Assembly (NCBI GenBank): GCA_964644695.1
Contig: CAZXWN010000010.1
Location: 62,001-90,207, forward strand
DNA from: an uncultured bacterium
GTDB taxonomy: Bacteria; UBP4; UBA4092
Direction of reading: 5' to 3'
Length of the DNA stretch: 28,207 nt
A program made the position numbers and the translations under genes. Positions 18,163-26,368 of the stretch are shown here, in pieces; the stretch's first letter is position 1; every line of letters begins with the position of its first letter. The notes under the pieces were generated by a model. The model had not been told where the DNA came from and searched no databases. It worked only from the letters and a program-made list of their open reading frames with translations.

Positions 18163-21134
18163 AGGAGATCTCCTTTAGATTCGGTTGGTTCCAAAATGGG
18201 TTGAGGTTTGGCATCGGCAGCAATCTCCGAAAGAACATTAGGCGCTACCCACCACATCTTCCGGGTAGTAGAGGCTTTCCTGAGGTATTCCATGATTTGT
18301 TCTCGGGGATACCCGAGCCGGTATCGGCTGTATATATGAGGTAAGGTGGTGTACCCGGAATTATCAGGATAGGTAAACTTTCGGTTGTATTTATATTGAC
18401 CGTCGTACCAGTGGGGATAGAACCGGTCAAAGTCTTTTTCATAGGATTTCAGGGAGTCGGGCGCATATTTCAGGTACAGGTCAAAAACCTCAGGTTCTAC
18501 ACCATTTCCCGAAATCATAGAGGTCATATACCAGGGGTCATCGGTAGAGGAAACCGTCAAGACGCCTTCATCTTCAAAATACCCGATAGGATAAGCCCCG
18601 GGAGATAACATTCCCCGGTTATCGGCGTAATCTTTGAGCCAGAACCGGGACAGGACCGGGACCGCAGTCTTGGCAGCAATATATAAGGCTTCATTTCGTG
18701 CCGCCTCGTCAGACTCTTTACCTGCCATCCGTGCCATTGCCAGGGACCCGGCATAAGCCGCACAGAGACAATCCCCAGAGCCAGTTCCATGACCGTGGTC
18801 CGCATTCACACTGGACATCCATATCCAACTGTCAGCCAGCGGGAACCACTGATAAACCTTCTTGATTTGAGGCCAATTGGAGTGGATATAAGCCCAATCG
18901 TTGCGGATACTGGCTTCCTTCTGGAGGCCATATAGAGTCAGGCCATTCCCCCAATCGACATCATACACTCCGTAATAGGGGCCTTCAAGGAAGTAGGTCC
19001 AGTAATATTCACTGCCTGTGAAGGGTTCCACATCAACAGTCCAGACATCCTCATGGAGTGCCTGACGGCCGGCAGTTTGGGAAGATTTCATGAGCCGGTC
19101 CTGGTTTGATTTATCGAGGAAGTCCCAGGCCATCCAGGCTTGAGTGTTTCCCTTATAGACCCGGTCAATCCCTGTAGGTCCGGTGGGATACCCCAAATCA
19201 GTGACGGATTCATTTATTAATTGTGCCAGCCAGGGGTCAATAGCTTCTGGTTTAGTGATTTTTTGTTCTTCCAGACTGGGGAGGGGCAGGGTATATTCCA
19301 ACCGGGTGGGTCCAATGAAACAACCATATTCTCCAAACTTGGTGTACAGGGGCATATTCAGGCCCGGCAGGACGCGGCCATATTGCACCGTGGTTGAAAA
19401 TGACTGGACATTCTGAGCAGAAACTTTCACGGGATACCCATGAATCAAGGCCTGTGACAGGACGGGAGGGATTGGGGCCAGGGTCATTCTTCCCCGGTTA
19501 AAACCATCTTCCAACACTTGATATTCATACTGGTCCAGGATATGAACGACACCTTTTGCTTCATCGACTTTGTAATATTCCCGGAGGTCAATGGGGAAGT
19601 TCATGGCGGAATACCCCCACATATTACAGGCTTCTACGACTGGGGAGGGAAGCGATTCCCCCCTCAATGAATAGCCATTTTTCACCGGGGAATCTATCCC
19701 GAAGGGATACATGAAGACGATACGGCCCAGCATTTCCCTTTTATTTGCTTTCGGACCCATGGCCTTGAATTTGATGACGGTCTGGCCTGCAGCATTTGTC
19801 TTGAACAGAATTTCCGAGGGAGGGTATTCAAAGATGACTTGTAAGGGGCGGGGGTCTGGATCTCCTGCGTTCCAGAACAGTATCCAGTTCCGATCCAGTT
19901 GGGCAACGCCACGGTCCGGGTCAGTCAAAATCCCGGGAATCAGGAGTCCGTCTGTATTATAGAGGGGGACAGCCCGGCTTCCTTTAAGTTTACCGACGAC
20001 TCCCAGACGATCAGGACCGGTACTGGAGGCATTTGTCAGGGTGAAACTAAACTCCGTATCATTGACTTTTAACATCACACCCGGAAAGACGGCGGAGTGA
20101 GTTAATTCATAAGAGACAGGTTTATTATCTCGAGTCCCTTCAATAACCATGGTTTTAGTGACCCAGTTCATACGGGACAGGGTAATGTTTTCTGGAGTGA
20201 TGCCCTGGTATTGAACGGTATAGGGGGCGCGGGGACCATAAGGAAGGGTAAATCCTGAGGGATTGGAATCAACCAGGAGGAGACTGTCTTCATACAATCT
20301 GCCGAGGATCCCGAAAGACGGGCGGGCTGGAGTATATCCCGAATCTATTTTTATATCGGATTGGCCGGGTGTCAGCCGTTTCTTCCAATAAAGGTTGGAG
20401 TCAGCCATGACTTTGGGGAGTTGTTCTTCGAGGTTTTTAATAATTGCGGCGGATTTATTCCATTGCCGCTGGTTCAGGGCTTCCCGGCTATCGCGAATCA
20501 AATCCTGTATTTTCCGCCAGGCTTTGGCGGGTTTACTCTTATTATCATCAGCTCCGGGGATTTTCCCCAGATAATCAGAAACGGTATTCTCGAACTGGGA
20601 TTGCAGTTTCCGGAGGGCATAATCACCCAAAGGAGAGAGAGCCAGGACGGGTCCGATGACTCCTATACCCTTACCCCCGCCATATCCCTCGACAAAGATA
20701 GATAATCGGTTTTCGGCACCGAATTTAAGGACCGGAGGATATAAGACGAAACTTTGGGGACGGCCTTTCGAGGTAATTCCATACCCTTTCAAGACTCCGA
20801 CGGGATGTCCATTTACATAGACCTGGTAATTTCCCACAACCTGCCCGATGGTGAGTTCCATCGCCAGATATTCGGATTCCTGTTTGGAGACAGCAGGGAC
20901 CGGGAAGGTGGTTTCATACCATCCGGACCGGAGGAGTTTCTTTGTTTCAGGGAGAGTGACGGTTTCAACGGTATAGGTATTAGGAGCCGCGGTCATAAAA
21001 GACAGGGAAGGCCGAGAGTCGTTCCAGGGAATGAATTTCCATGTTCCAGATAAATCGGTTCCTTTATCCACACCATAGACCAGAGAGAATCCCAACAACA
21101 GTAAAAAAAACAGACCAGAGCGAATCCGGTTCAT
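18159..21134 (-). CDS. Large secreted hypothetical protein; N-terminal galactose-binding-like (GH2 N-terminal-like) domain, putative carbohydrate-active enzyme
   Basis: Signal peptide; DLSGTWKF, GWYETTFPVP, VYVNGHPVG, LKFGAENRLSIFV; aromatic/acidic helical C-terminal region; GGAGG RBS. Confidence 0.75.
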   Translation of the reverse strand: MNRIRSGLFFLLLLGFSLVYGVDKGTDLSGTWKFIPWNDSRPSLSFMTAAPNTYTVETVTLPETKKLLRSGWYETTFPVPAVSKQESEYLAMELTIGQVVGNYQVYVNGHPVGVLKGYGITSKGRPQSFVLYPPVLKFGAENRLSIFVEGYGGGKGIGVIGPVLALSPLGDYALRKLQSQFENTVSDYLGKIPGADDNKSKPAKAWRKIQDLIRDSREALNQRQWNKSAAIIKNLEEQLPKVMADSNLYWKKRLTPGQSDIKIDSGYTPARPSFGILGRLYEDSLLLVDSNPSGFTLPYGPRAPYTVQYQGITPENITLSRMNWVTKTMVIEGTRDNKPVSYELTHSAVFPGVMLKVNDTEFSFTLTNASSTGPDRLGVVGKLKGSRAVPLYNTDGLLIPGILTDPDRGVAQLDRNWILFWNAGDPDPRPLQVIFEYPPSEILFKTNAAGQTVIKFKAMGPKANKREMLGRIVFMYPFGIDSPVKNGYSLRGESLPSPVVEACNMWGYSAMNFPIDLREYYKVDEAKGVVHILDQYEYQVLEDGFNRGRMTLAPIPPVLSQALIHGYPVKVSAQNVQSFSTTVQYGRVLPGLNMPLYTKFGEYGCFIGPTRLEYTLPLPSLEEQKITKPEAIDPWLAQLINESVTDLGYPTGPTGIDRVYKGNTQAWMAWDFLDKSNQDRLMKSSQTAGRQALHEDVWTVDVEPFTGSEYYWTYFLEGPYYGVYDVDWGNGLTLYGLQKEASIRNDWAYIHSNWPQIKKVYQWFPLADSWIWMSSVNADHGHGTGSGDCLCAAYAGSLAMARMAGKESDEAARNEALYIAAKTAVPVLSRFWLKDYADNRGMLSPGAYPIGYFEDEGVLTVSSTDDPWYMTSMISGNGVEPEVFDLYLKYAPDSLKSYEKDFDRFYPHWYDGQYKYNRKFTYPDNSGYTTLPHIYSRYRLGYPREQIMEYLRKASTTRKMWWVAPNVLSEIAADAKPQPILEPTESKGDLL

Positions 21135-21270
21135 ATTCCGTCCTCCAGGGAAGGCAATTATTCAAACCTCATTATAACCAACAGTGAAGCCCAACGAAAG
21201 AAGACTTAAATCATTTATAATGAATAAGGATAGTTTGGATACCTTTCGAAGACTGGATGATAGATTTTTT

Positions 21271-22059
21271 ATGATAAAACTTGATGAATCGGATATTCTC
21301 TCCCATTGGTACGCGGAGGGGTGGCGGTTATATAGAACGAATTCCCGGCTGGTGTATGAGGGAATGGCGTTTATTGTTCTGGTAAGTATTTTACGGGTAT
21401 TGGCGGCGGGTGTCGGCGGTGTGGCAGGTTTGCTTGTCTTTCTCCTGATGGTGGAGCAGGTCGTTATGATGGGGGTACAGTTTGTCCTGACTCGGAGAGT
21501 ACAGGGGAAACTGGCGGTTCGAAAAGACTTCTTTTATGGATTTAAACACTATTTCCCACTGGTCATGGCCACCTTTGTCTTCTCCATAGCGGTCATATCA
21601 GGACTGACACTGTTTTTGATACCAGGTATTTATCTGGGGATCCGGTTTGGACAGGCACGATTAGCGGTGCTGGACAAGGAAACAGGGTTTGTTGAGGCAT
21701 TTCAGAACAGCGACAAACTGACTTATGGCCGGAAGTGGGATTTATTCTGGATGGAAGTCAGTTTGTGGTTTTTACGGGCATTGCCGTATCTTCCGGTGAT
21801 CATTCTCACCTTTTATCTCATCCCATACAATTCCCATACACGGCTTGATAATTCTCAGGAGTTGGTGAAAGCTTTTGAAAACAGTACGGCTATCCTGAGT
21901 AAAAACAGCTGGTACGGTATTTTGAGTTTGTTAGGGACCTTCTTTTCGTATGCCATATTTGAGCCGATCATCTTTTGTACCCGGGCGGCTTGTTACCGGT
22001 GGCTGGTCCGCGAAAAAGAGGCTATTGCTACTATCAAATCTCTGTCACAGAACCGATAG
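21271..22059 (+). CDS. Integral membrane protein (DUF975 / GDPD-membrane-domain-like)
   Basis: About 5 TM segments; GLTLFLIPGIYLGIRF...GFVEAFQNSDKLTYGRKWDLF. Start uncertain (21184 GTG, 21220 or 21271 ATG). Confidence 0.75.
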   Translation: MIKLDESDILSHWYAEGWRLYRTNSRLVYEGMAFIVLVSILRVLAAGVGGVAGLLVFLLMVEQVVMMGVQFVLTRRVQGKLAVRKDFFYGFKHYFPLVMATFVFSIAVISGLTLFLIPGIYLGIRFGQARLAVLDKETGFVEAFQNSDKLTYGRKWDLFWMEVSLWFLRALPYLPVIILTFYLIPYNSHTRLDNSQELVKAFENSTAILSKNSWYGILSLLGTFFSYAIFEPIIFCTRAACYRWLVREKEAIATIKSLSQNR

Positions 22060-22096
22060 AATCCACTTATCTCTTGTTTGATTGGGGCGTTATTGG

Positions 22097-22147
22097 AGAG
22101 TTATAGGTCCAATGGGTCTTATAGGTCCTATGGGTCCGATAGGAATA
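22097..22147 (+). repeat. Tandem 9-bp repeat array (ATRGGTCYN), left arm of an inverted pair
   Basis: ataggtcca atgggtctt ataggtcct atgggtccg atagg; reverse complement of 26272-26315. Confidence 0.85.
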
Positions 22148-22169
22148 AGACAGGAAAGATTGGGAAGAA

Positions 22170-22238
22170 CTAACCACCCCGGCTGAGGAACGCCACCCCT
22201 CCTTGAAAAGGAGGGGAGCCTAAGGGCAGGACCAAGAG
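22170..22238 (+). repeat. Double-hairpin REP-like element copy 1 (left direct repeat of the island)
   Basis: CCCCTCCTT-gaa-AAGGAGGGG hairpin; 22195-22224 matches 26205-26234 at 28/30 nt. Confidence 0.85.
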
Positions 22239-22474
22239 ATATCTGACTCTCTCTATTTTTATAATTCACATCCTCAATTACATTACTTCTTATTCCATTT
22301 ACATTTTTCCCGTTAGTGACATAGTAAATGCCTGTCGGTTTGTCCAATAAATAAGGTAGTCTCATATTAATACCTATAAATTAACGCTAATTAATGATAT
22401 ATTTACGCCATGGTGCAGAAAAAATGAAACTATTTAAAATGGGGTTTTAGGCACAAGTTAATGGGAGGTGTGCT

Positions 22475-24208
22475 TTGCAAATTCTTAATGTAAAAGTTTT
22501 GAACTATAGAAACATTGACGGAGTAGATATCTGTTTTAATCCCGAGTGCAGCTACATCATAGGAGAAAACAACCTAGGTAAAAGTAATCTTCTGGCTCTT
22601 TTGAATACTGTTTGTAATGGTAAGGCTTTTGAAGATAAGGATTTCTATGATGCGGAAAAACAGATTATTGTTGAAATGACAATCAAACTACTATCGAATG
22701 AACAAGGATTTTTCGGCGATAACTTTTCACCCGACAATTCTTCATTGTTGAGAATCGACTATCGACAAGATGTTAAGGAAGCGTATCCTACAGTCACTTG
22801 TATAGATACGAATGAAAGCATCTCGCTAAGGGTTATCAGGAAAATCAATTACCTTAGATATGAGACCACCTCTGTTCCAAGCAAAGAATTACGTCTAGAT
22901 ACACAGACAGGCGCAGGACTACTCATGAACGGCATAATTGAGAGGTTCATTACCGATAGCGCTGAAAAACCTGCCTTCCTAAATGATGAGCAAGTGGGTC
23001 ATTTACTAACCTTCGTCAATCAACATCTGGAAAAAATAAAAAGTTTTCGTGATTATTCTATTAAGGCTACAATTGCCTCAAATCCAATAGATATGTTAAC
23101 TAGCTTGTTCTATCTTTCAGATGGTGAACGAAAAATGGCTTCTACTGGAAGTGGCGTTCAGTTTATGAGTATGGCTTCTATCAATATTTTGTGTCAGATA
23201 ATGGAATTATATAAAAGTAAATCCACACTTTTTGAAGAATTGCTTTACACAAATGATAATGGCGAAAAGTTGCTACCCCTCATGCTATCTATTGATGAGC
23301 CGGAAGTACATTTGCACCCATATCTGCAAAGGTCACTTATAAGTTACTATAAGCGTATTCTGAAAAACAAAGATTCAGAATTTAAAGAACTCTTAAAACA
23401 GTGTTTTGAGATTGATGGCATTGATGGGCAGCTTATCATTGTCACACATTCAACAGACGCTCTGATCGGCAATTATAGAAACCTCATTAGGTTCTACAAG
23501 AACAGTGATAAAACATCTGTAATCAATGGTGCTGACCATAGATTGAGTATCCGGCCCGAATACGAAAAACACTTAATTATGCGCTTCCCTGAAATAAAAG
23601 AGGCATTCTATGCTAAATGTGCGGTGTTGATAGAAGGTGAAACGGAGTATGGATGTATACACGCTTTTGCTGATAAAATGGGGATTCCGTTAGATGATTA
23701 CGGTATATGTGTTCTCAATGCCAGGGGAGAAAGCTCAATAGAACATATTCGAGATTTACTACATGCCTTTGCTATACCAAGTGTAGCAATTTATGATAGT
23801 GATGTAGAATCGGGGAAGAGTCCAACCCAAAACGATTTTTTCACAAAAGAACCCTGCTTTGAGATTGAAATTGTAAAACACCTATCCCAAAATAACCGTA
23901 AAGACTTGATAAAACAAATTGCCCAAGACGTGGATTCCAAGGCAGCCTCCATTACCTTGGATGCTGATTTTGTTCGAAAGCGCTTCAAGAAGATGGGTGT
24001 TGACTTAAACGGCTATACTCCTAAGAAGCTATCAGAAGTTAACGAAGATGATGAAGAAGAATTTACTCGGATGTATGCCACCTGGTTCATGGCGAAGAAA
24101 GGGATTCTTCTGGGTAGAATCATCGGGGAGGCGATTCCTGCCGACCTAATTCCTGACTGCTATGCCAAGGCTATCCGTAAGGCACAGGAGATTGCTTCGA
24201 ATGAATGA
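22475..24208 (+). CDS. gajA: OLD-family ATP-dependent nuclease (ABC ATPase + TOPRIM), Gabija GajA-like
   Basis: Walker A GENNLGKS, signature STGSG, Walker B IDEPEVHLHP, H-loop VTHS, TOPRIM LIEGETE and YDSD, FEIE, KKG; GGAGG RBS before TTG; coupled to UvrD. Confidence 0.85.
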   Translation: MQILNVKVLNYRNIDGVDICFNPECSYIIGENNLGKSNLLALLNTVCNGKAFEDKDFYDAEKQIIVEMTIKLLSNEQGFFGDNFSPDNSSLLRIDYRQDVKEAYPTVTCIDTNESISLRVIRKINYLRYETTSVPSKELRLDTQTGAGLLMNGIIERFITDSAEKPAFLNDEQVGHLLTFVNQHLEKIKSFRDYSIKATIASNPIDMLTSLFYLSDGERKMASTGSGVQFMSMASINILCQIMELYKSKSTLFEELLYTNDNGEKLLPLMLSIDEPEVHLHPYLQRSLISYYKRILKNKDSEFKELLKQCFEIDGIDGQLIIVTHSTDALIGNYRNLIRFYKNSDKTSVINGADHRLSIRPEYEKHLIMRFPEIKEAFYAKCAVLIEGETEYGCIHAFADKMGIPLDDYGICVLNARGESSIEHIRDLLHAFAIPSVAIYDSDVESGKSPTQNDFFTKEPCFEIEIVKHLSQNNRKDLIKQIAQDVDSKAASITLDADFVRKRFKKMGVDLNGYTPKKLSEVNEDDEEEFTRMYATWFMAKKGILLGRIIGEAIPADLIPDCYAKAIRKAQEIASNE

Positions 24209-26021
24209 TGCTGATTCTTCTAAAATTAAAGAGAAAATTTCGATTCAACACGAAGGAGATGAAAAACAGCTAGAAGTTATTTTCTCCGATAATCCACGAT
24301 TGATTGTTGAAGCTCCTGCTGGTTATGGAAAAACAACTACGATGATAAGTCGTATCGCTTACCTTTTTGCCACCGGCGGTGTTCCTAACCCTAAGCGCAT
24401 TTTAGGACTGACGTTCAGCGTAAATGCCGCATTGAAAGTAAAACGTGAGGTGGCTGAAAAATTACCCGGTTTATTAGGAGCGCGTAACAGCCCCATATCT
24501 ATAAGCGAAAAAGTGACTATTACGAATTATCATGGGTTTTGCAAGGGGGTACTTAGAAAGTATGGCTATCTTATTGCTGATGCCTTGAGAAAAGACGTAA
24601 ACCTGTTTAGGGCGATTGATGATAAAAATATTTTTAAAACAAATGGATTAGAAACCATTTTTACTAAACCCGAAGAAAATGCCATTTTCAATATAAAGCA
24701 ATCTATTGAAGGAGCCCACATCCCTGAAAAGGAAACTATCCAAACATATAATCGTACTATTATCAGCAAACTGCTTCCTCAAGATTATATTACTCATAAC
24801 GCAGTGATTTTGTTTGTGTTGGAGATTTTTGAGCGTTTTCCAGAGGTTAGAAAATTTTATCAAGGATATTATCCTGTCATAGTAGTCGATGAATTTCAAG
24901 ATACGAACTGCATTGCTTGGCAACTGCTCGAATCACTTATTACCGTTGAGACTAAACTGGTATTTCTTGGTGATTCATTGCAGAGAATTTATGGTTTTAT
25001 TGGCGCTTTGCCTGATATTATGGCTATAGCAGCAGGTAAGTACAAAATGTGTAAAATTACCCTTGGTAAGAACTATCGTTTCTGTAACAATCCTGAGATG
25101 CTCAAGCTGGATGCTAACATTAGGTTGAACGCGGCCTATTGCTTTGCACCTACGGTGTCTGAAACTGCAATGTTGCCAGTATTGGGGGGGGAAACACAGG
25201 AGTCGGAAGCTATACAAGTGGCAGGAAAAGTAAATGAGGTGATAAGCGGAAGTAAGGATAGAATTGCAATCCTCTTCAGGATGCGTAGCCGAGGTGCTGA
25301 AATAATAGAAGAGCAGCTCAAACAGAGTGAAGTGTCATATTTTTACGGTATGTTTACCGATGAAGATCCAGATTATGTGAATTTCCATAATGAATGTCTT
25401 ATCCTTTTTTCAAAAAAGTTTAGTAAGACTAAAAGTATTAATAAAAGATCCTTGACAGTATTTGCTGATAACATGAGAGAGAAATACTGTTCAGACAGTA
25501 ACAAAACAAATACGTCTTTGCTCCGACTGCTTGATGCGCTTATAGAAAAAGTATCTACCGATTATTCAGACTTGCCGATAGAGGAGAAATATAATCTGAT
25601 TATAGATATCTTTGAAAATAGACAACTTAAACAAGCTATGGAATATGTCGATTCTCAGGTGATTCTTTCTACAATACATGGTGCTAAAGGTCTTGAATGG
25701 GATTATGTAATTCTTGCTGATGTAGAGCAATGGGTACTGACTTTTAGTTCCTGCAAAAAGTGTCCCAGTAAGGATATAGAAACTTCGAAGTGTTGCCGAT
25801 TACCAGATAATATTCCGGAGGAAATGAAAAACCAGATATTAGATGATTTATGCGTATTCTATGTAGGATTAACGCGAGCAAGGAAACAGGCATATATTTC
25901 GGCGAGTGCAGAAAGATTTAATGCAAATGGAGTACAGTATAAAAATGGGAAAGTCAGCTGTCTCGCTTCTATTAATGGGATAAAACTTAAAAATGAAAAC
26001 AAAATCCATAAAAGTTCATAA
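24201..26021 (+). CDS. gajB: UvrD/PcrA superfamily 1 helicase, Gabija GajB-like (606 aa from ATG 24201)
   Basis: APAGYGKTT, LTFS, YHGFC, VVDEFQD, GDSLQRIYGF, NYR, AILFR, STIHGAKGLEWD, YVGLTRAR; AGGAG RBS at 24186-24190; start overlaps the end of the OLD gene. Confidence 0.85.
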   Translation: MNDADSSKIKEKISIQHEGDEKQLEVIFSDNPRLIVEAPAGYGKTTTMISRIAYLFATGGVPNPKRILGLTFSVNAALKVKREVAEKLPGLLGARNSPISISEKVTITNYHGFCKGVLRKYGYLIADALRKDVNLFRAIDDKNIFKTNGLETIFTKPEENAIFNIKQSIEGAHIPEKETIQTYNRTIISKLLPQDYITHNAVILFVLEIFERFPEVRKFYQGYYPVIVVDEFQDTNCIAWQLLESLITVETKLVFLGDSLQRIYGFIGALPDIMAIAAGKYKMCKITLGKNYRFCNNPEMLKLDANIRLNAAYCFAPTVSETAMLPVLGGETQESEAIQVAGKVNEVISGSKDRIAILFRMRSRGAEIIEEQLKQSEVSYFYGMFTDEDPDYVNFHNECLILFSKKFSKTKSINKRSLTVFADNMREKYCSDSNKTNTSLLRLLDALIEKVSTDYSDLPIEEKYNLIIDIFENRQLKQAMEYVDSQVILSTIHGAKGLEWDYVILADVEQWVLTFSSCKKCPSKDIETSKCCRLPDNIPEEMKNQILDDLCVFYVGLTRARKQAYISASAERFNANGVQYKNGKVSCLASINGIKLKNENKIHKSS

Positions 26022-26050
26022 ATCAACGATAAACATAGTTTATGTTGATT
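26021..26050 (+). terminator. AT-rich hairpin right after the helicase stop; possible terminator
   Basis: AATCAAC-g-ATAAAC-ata-GTTTAT-GTTGATT. Confidence 0.35.
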
Positions 26051-26123
26051 AATTTATCAAGGGTCTAATTATTTAATGTTTTACTTGATTTAGGTTCGCC
26101 TCTTTTTGGGAAAAGTCGTTTTT

Positions 26124-26148
26124 GGGTTCCTGCTTTCGCAGGAATGAC
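26124..26148. repeat. Short palindromic REP-like element (dRS3/RPE-like)
   Basis: GGGTTCCTGC-TTTC-GCAGGAATGAC resembles the GGATTCCCGC...GCGGGAATGAC class of dispersed palindromes. Confidence 0.6.
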
Positions 26149-26180
26149 ATATTGGGGAGTGAGATTGTCAGGTCATAGGT

Positions 26181-26249
26181 CTAACCACCCCCCGGCTTTG
26201 CCGGACCCCTCCTTGAAAAGGCGGGGAGTCTAAGTAACAAAACCAAGAG
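26181..26249 (+). repeat. Double-hairpin REP-like element copy 2 (right direct repeat of the island)
   Basis: CTAACCACCCC...CCGGC-ttt-GCCGG-ACCCCTCCTTGAAAAGGCGGGGAGTCTAAG...ACCAAGAG. Confidence 0.85.
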
Positions 26250-26271
26250 CAAAGAATGGATAAATGGGTTC

Positions 26272-26315
26272 ATGGGACTTATCGGACCTATGGGACTTAT
26301 AAGACCTATAGCTCT
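26272..26315 (-). repeat. Tandem 9-bp repeat array, right arm (inverted relative to 22097-22147)
   Basis: atgggactt atcggacct atgggactt ataagacct atagctct. Confidence 0.85.
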
Positions 26316-26325
26316 GAAAGGGCGG

Positions 26326-26368
26326 ACCCTCTCGGCTGAAAAACTCCACCTTTCCTGGAAAATAGGGG
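26326..26368 (+). repeat. Degenerate third copy of the REP-like element
   Basis: cggctga-aaaac-tccacc-tttcc-tggaaaa-tagggg versus copy 1 cggctga-ggaac-gccacc-cctcc-ttgaaaa-ggagggg. Confidence 0.65.

Larger units (their letters stand above)
22170..26249. mobile_element. Putative horizontally acquired defence islet bounded by direct repeats; no recombinase encoded
   Basis: Visibly AT-richer than the flanks; contains only OLD + UvrD; ~70-bp imperfect direct repeats at both ends. Confidence 0.6.

Noticed and set aside
22097-22238. Possible CRISPR array
   Set aside because: Units are 9-bp tandem repeats with no spacers, and there are no cas genes.
22090-22365. 91-aa minus-strand ORF ending IGPIGPIRPIGPI (collagen-like look)
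   Set aside because: The periodicity is just the translated 9-bp DNA repeats, and the ORF runs through the REP element.
24162-24200. Longer helicase start given in the ORF track
   Set aside because: It overlaps the OLD gene by 47 nt; ATG 24201 has an AGGAG RBS and typical coupling.
26021-26050. Possible integron attC site after the helicase (..CAAC / GTTG.. with one bulged base)
   Set aside because: Only ~30 bp, below typical attC length; imperfect RYYYAAC/GTTRRRY boxes; no integrase or second site seen.
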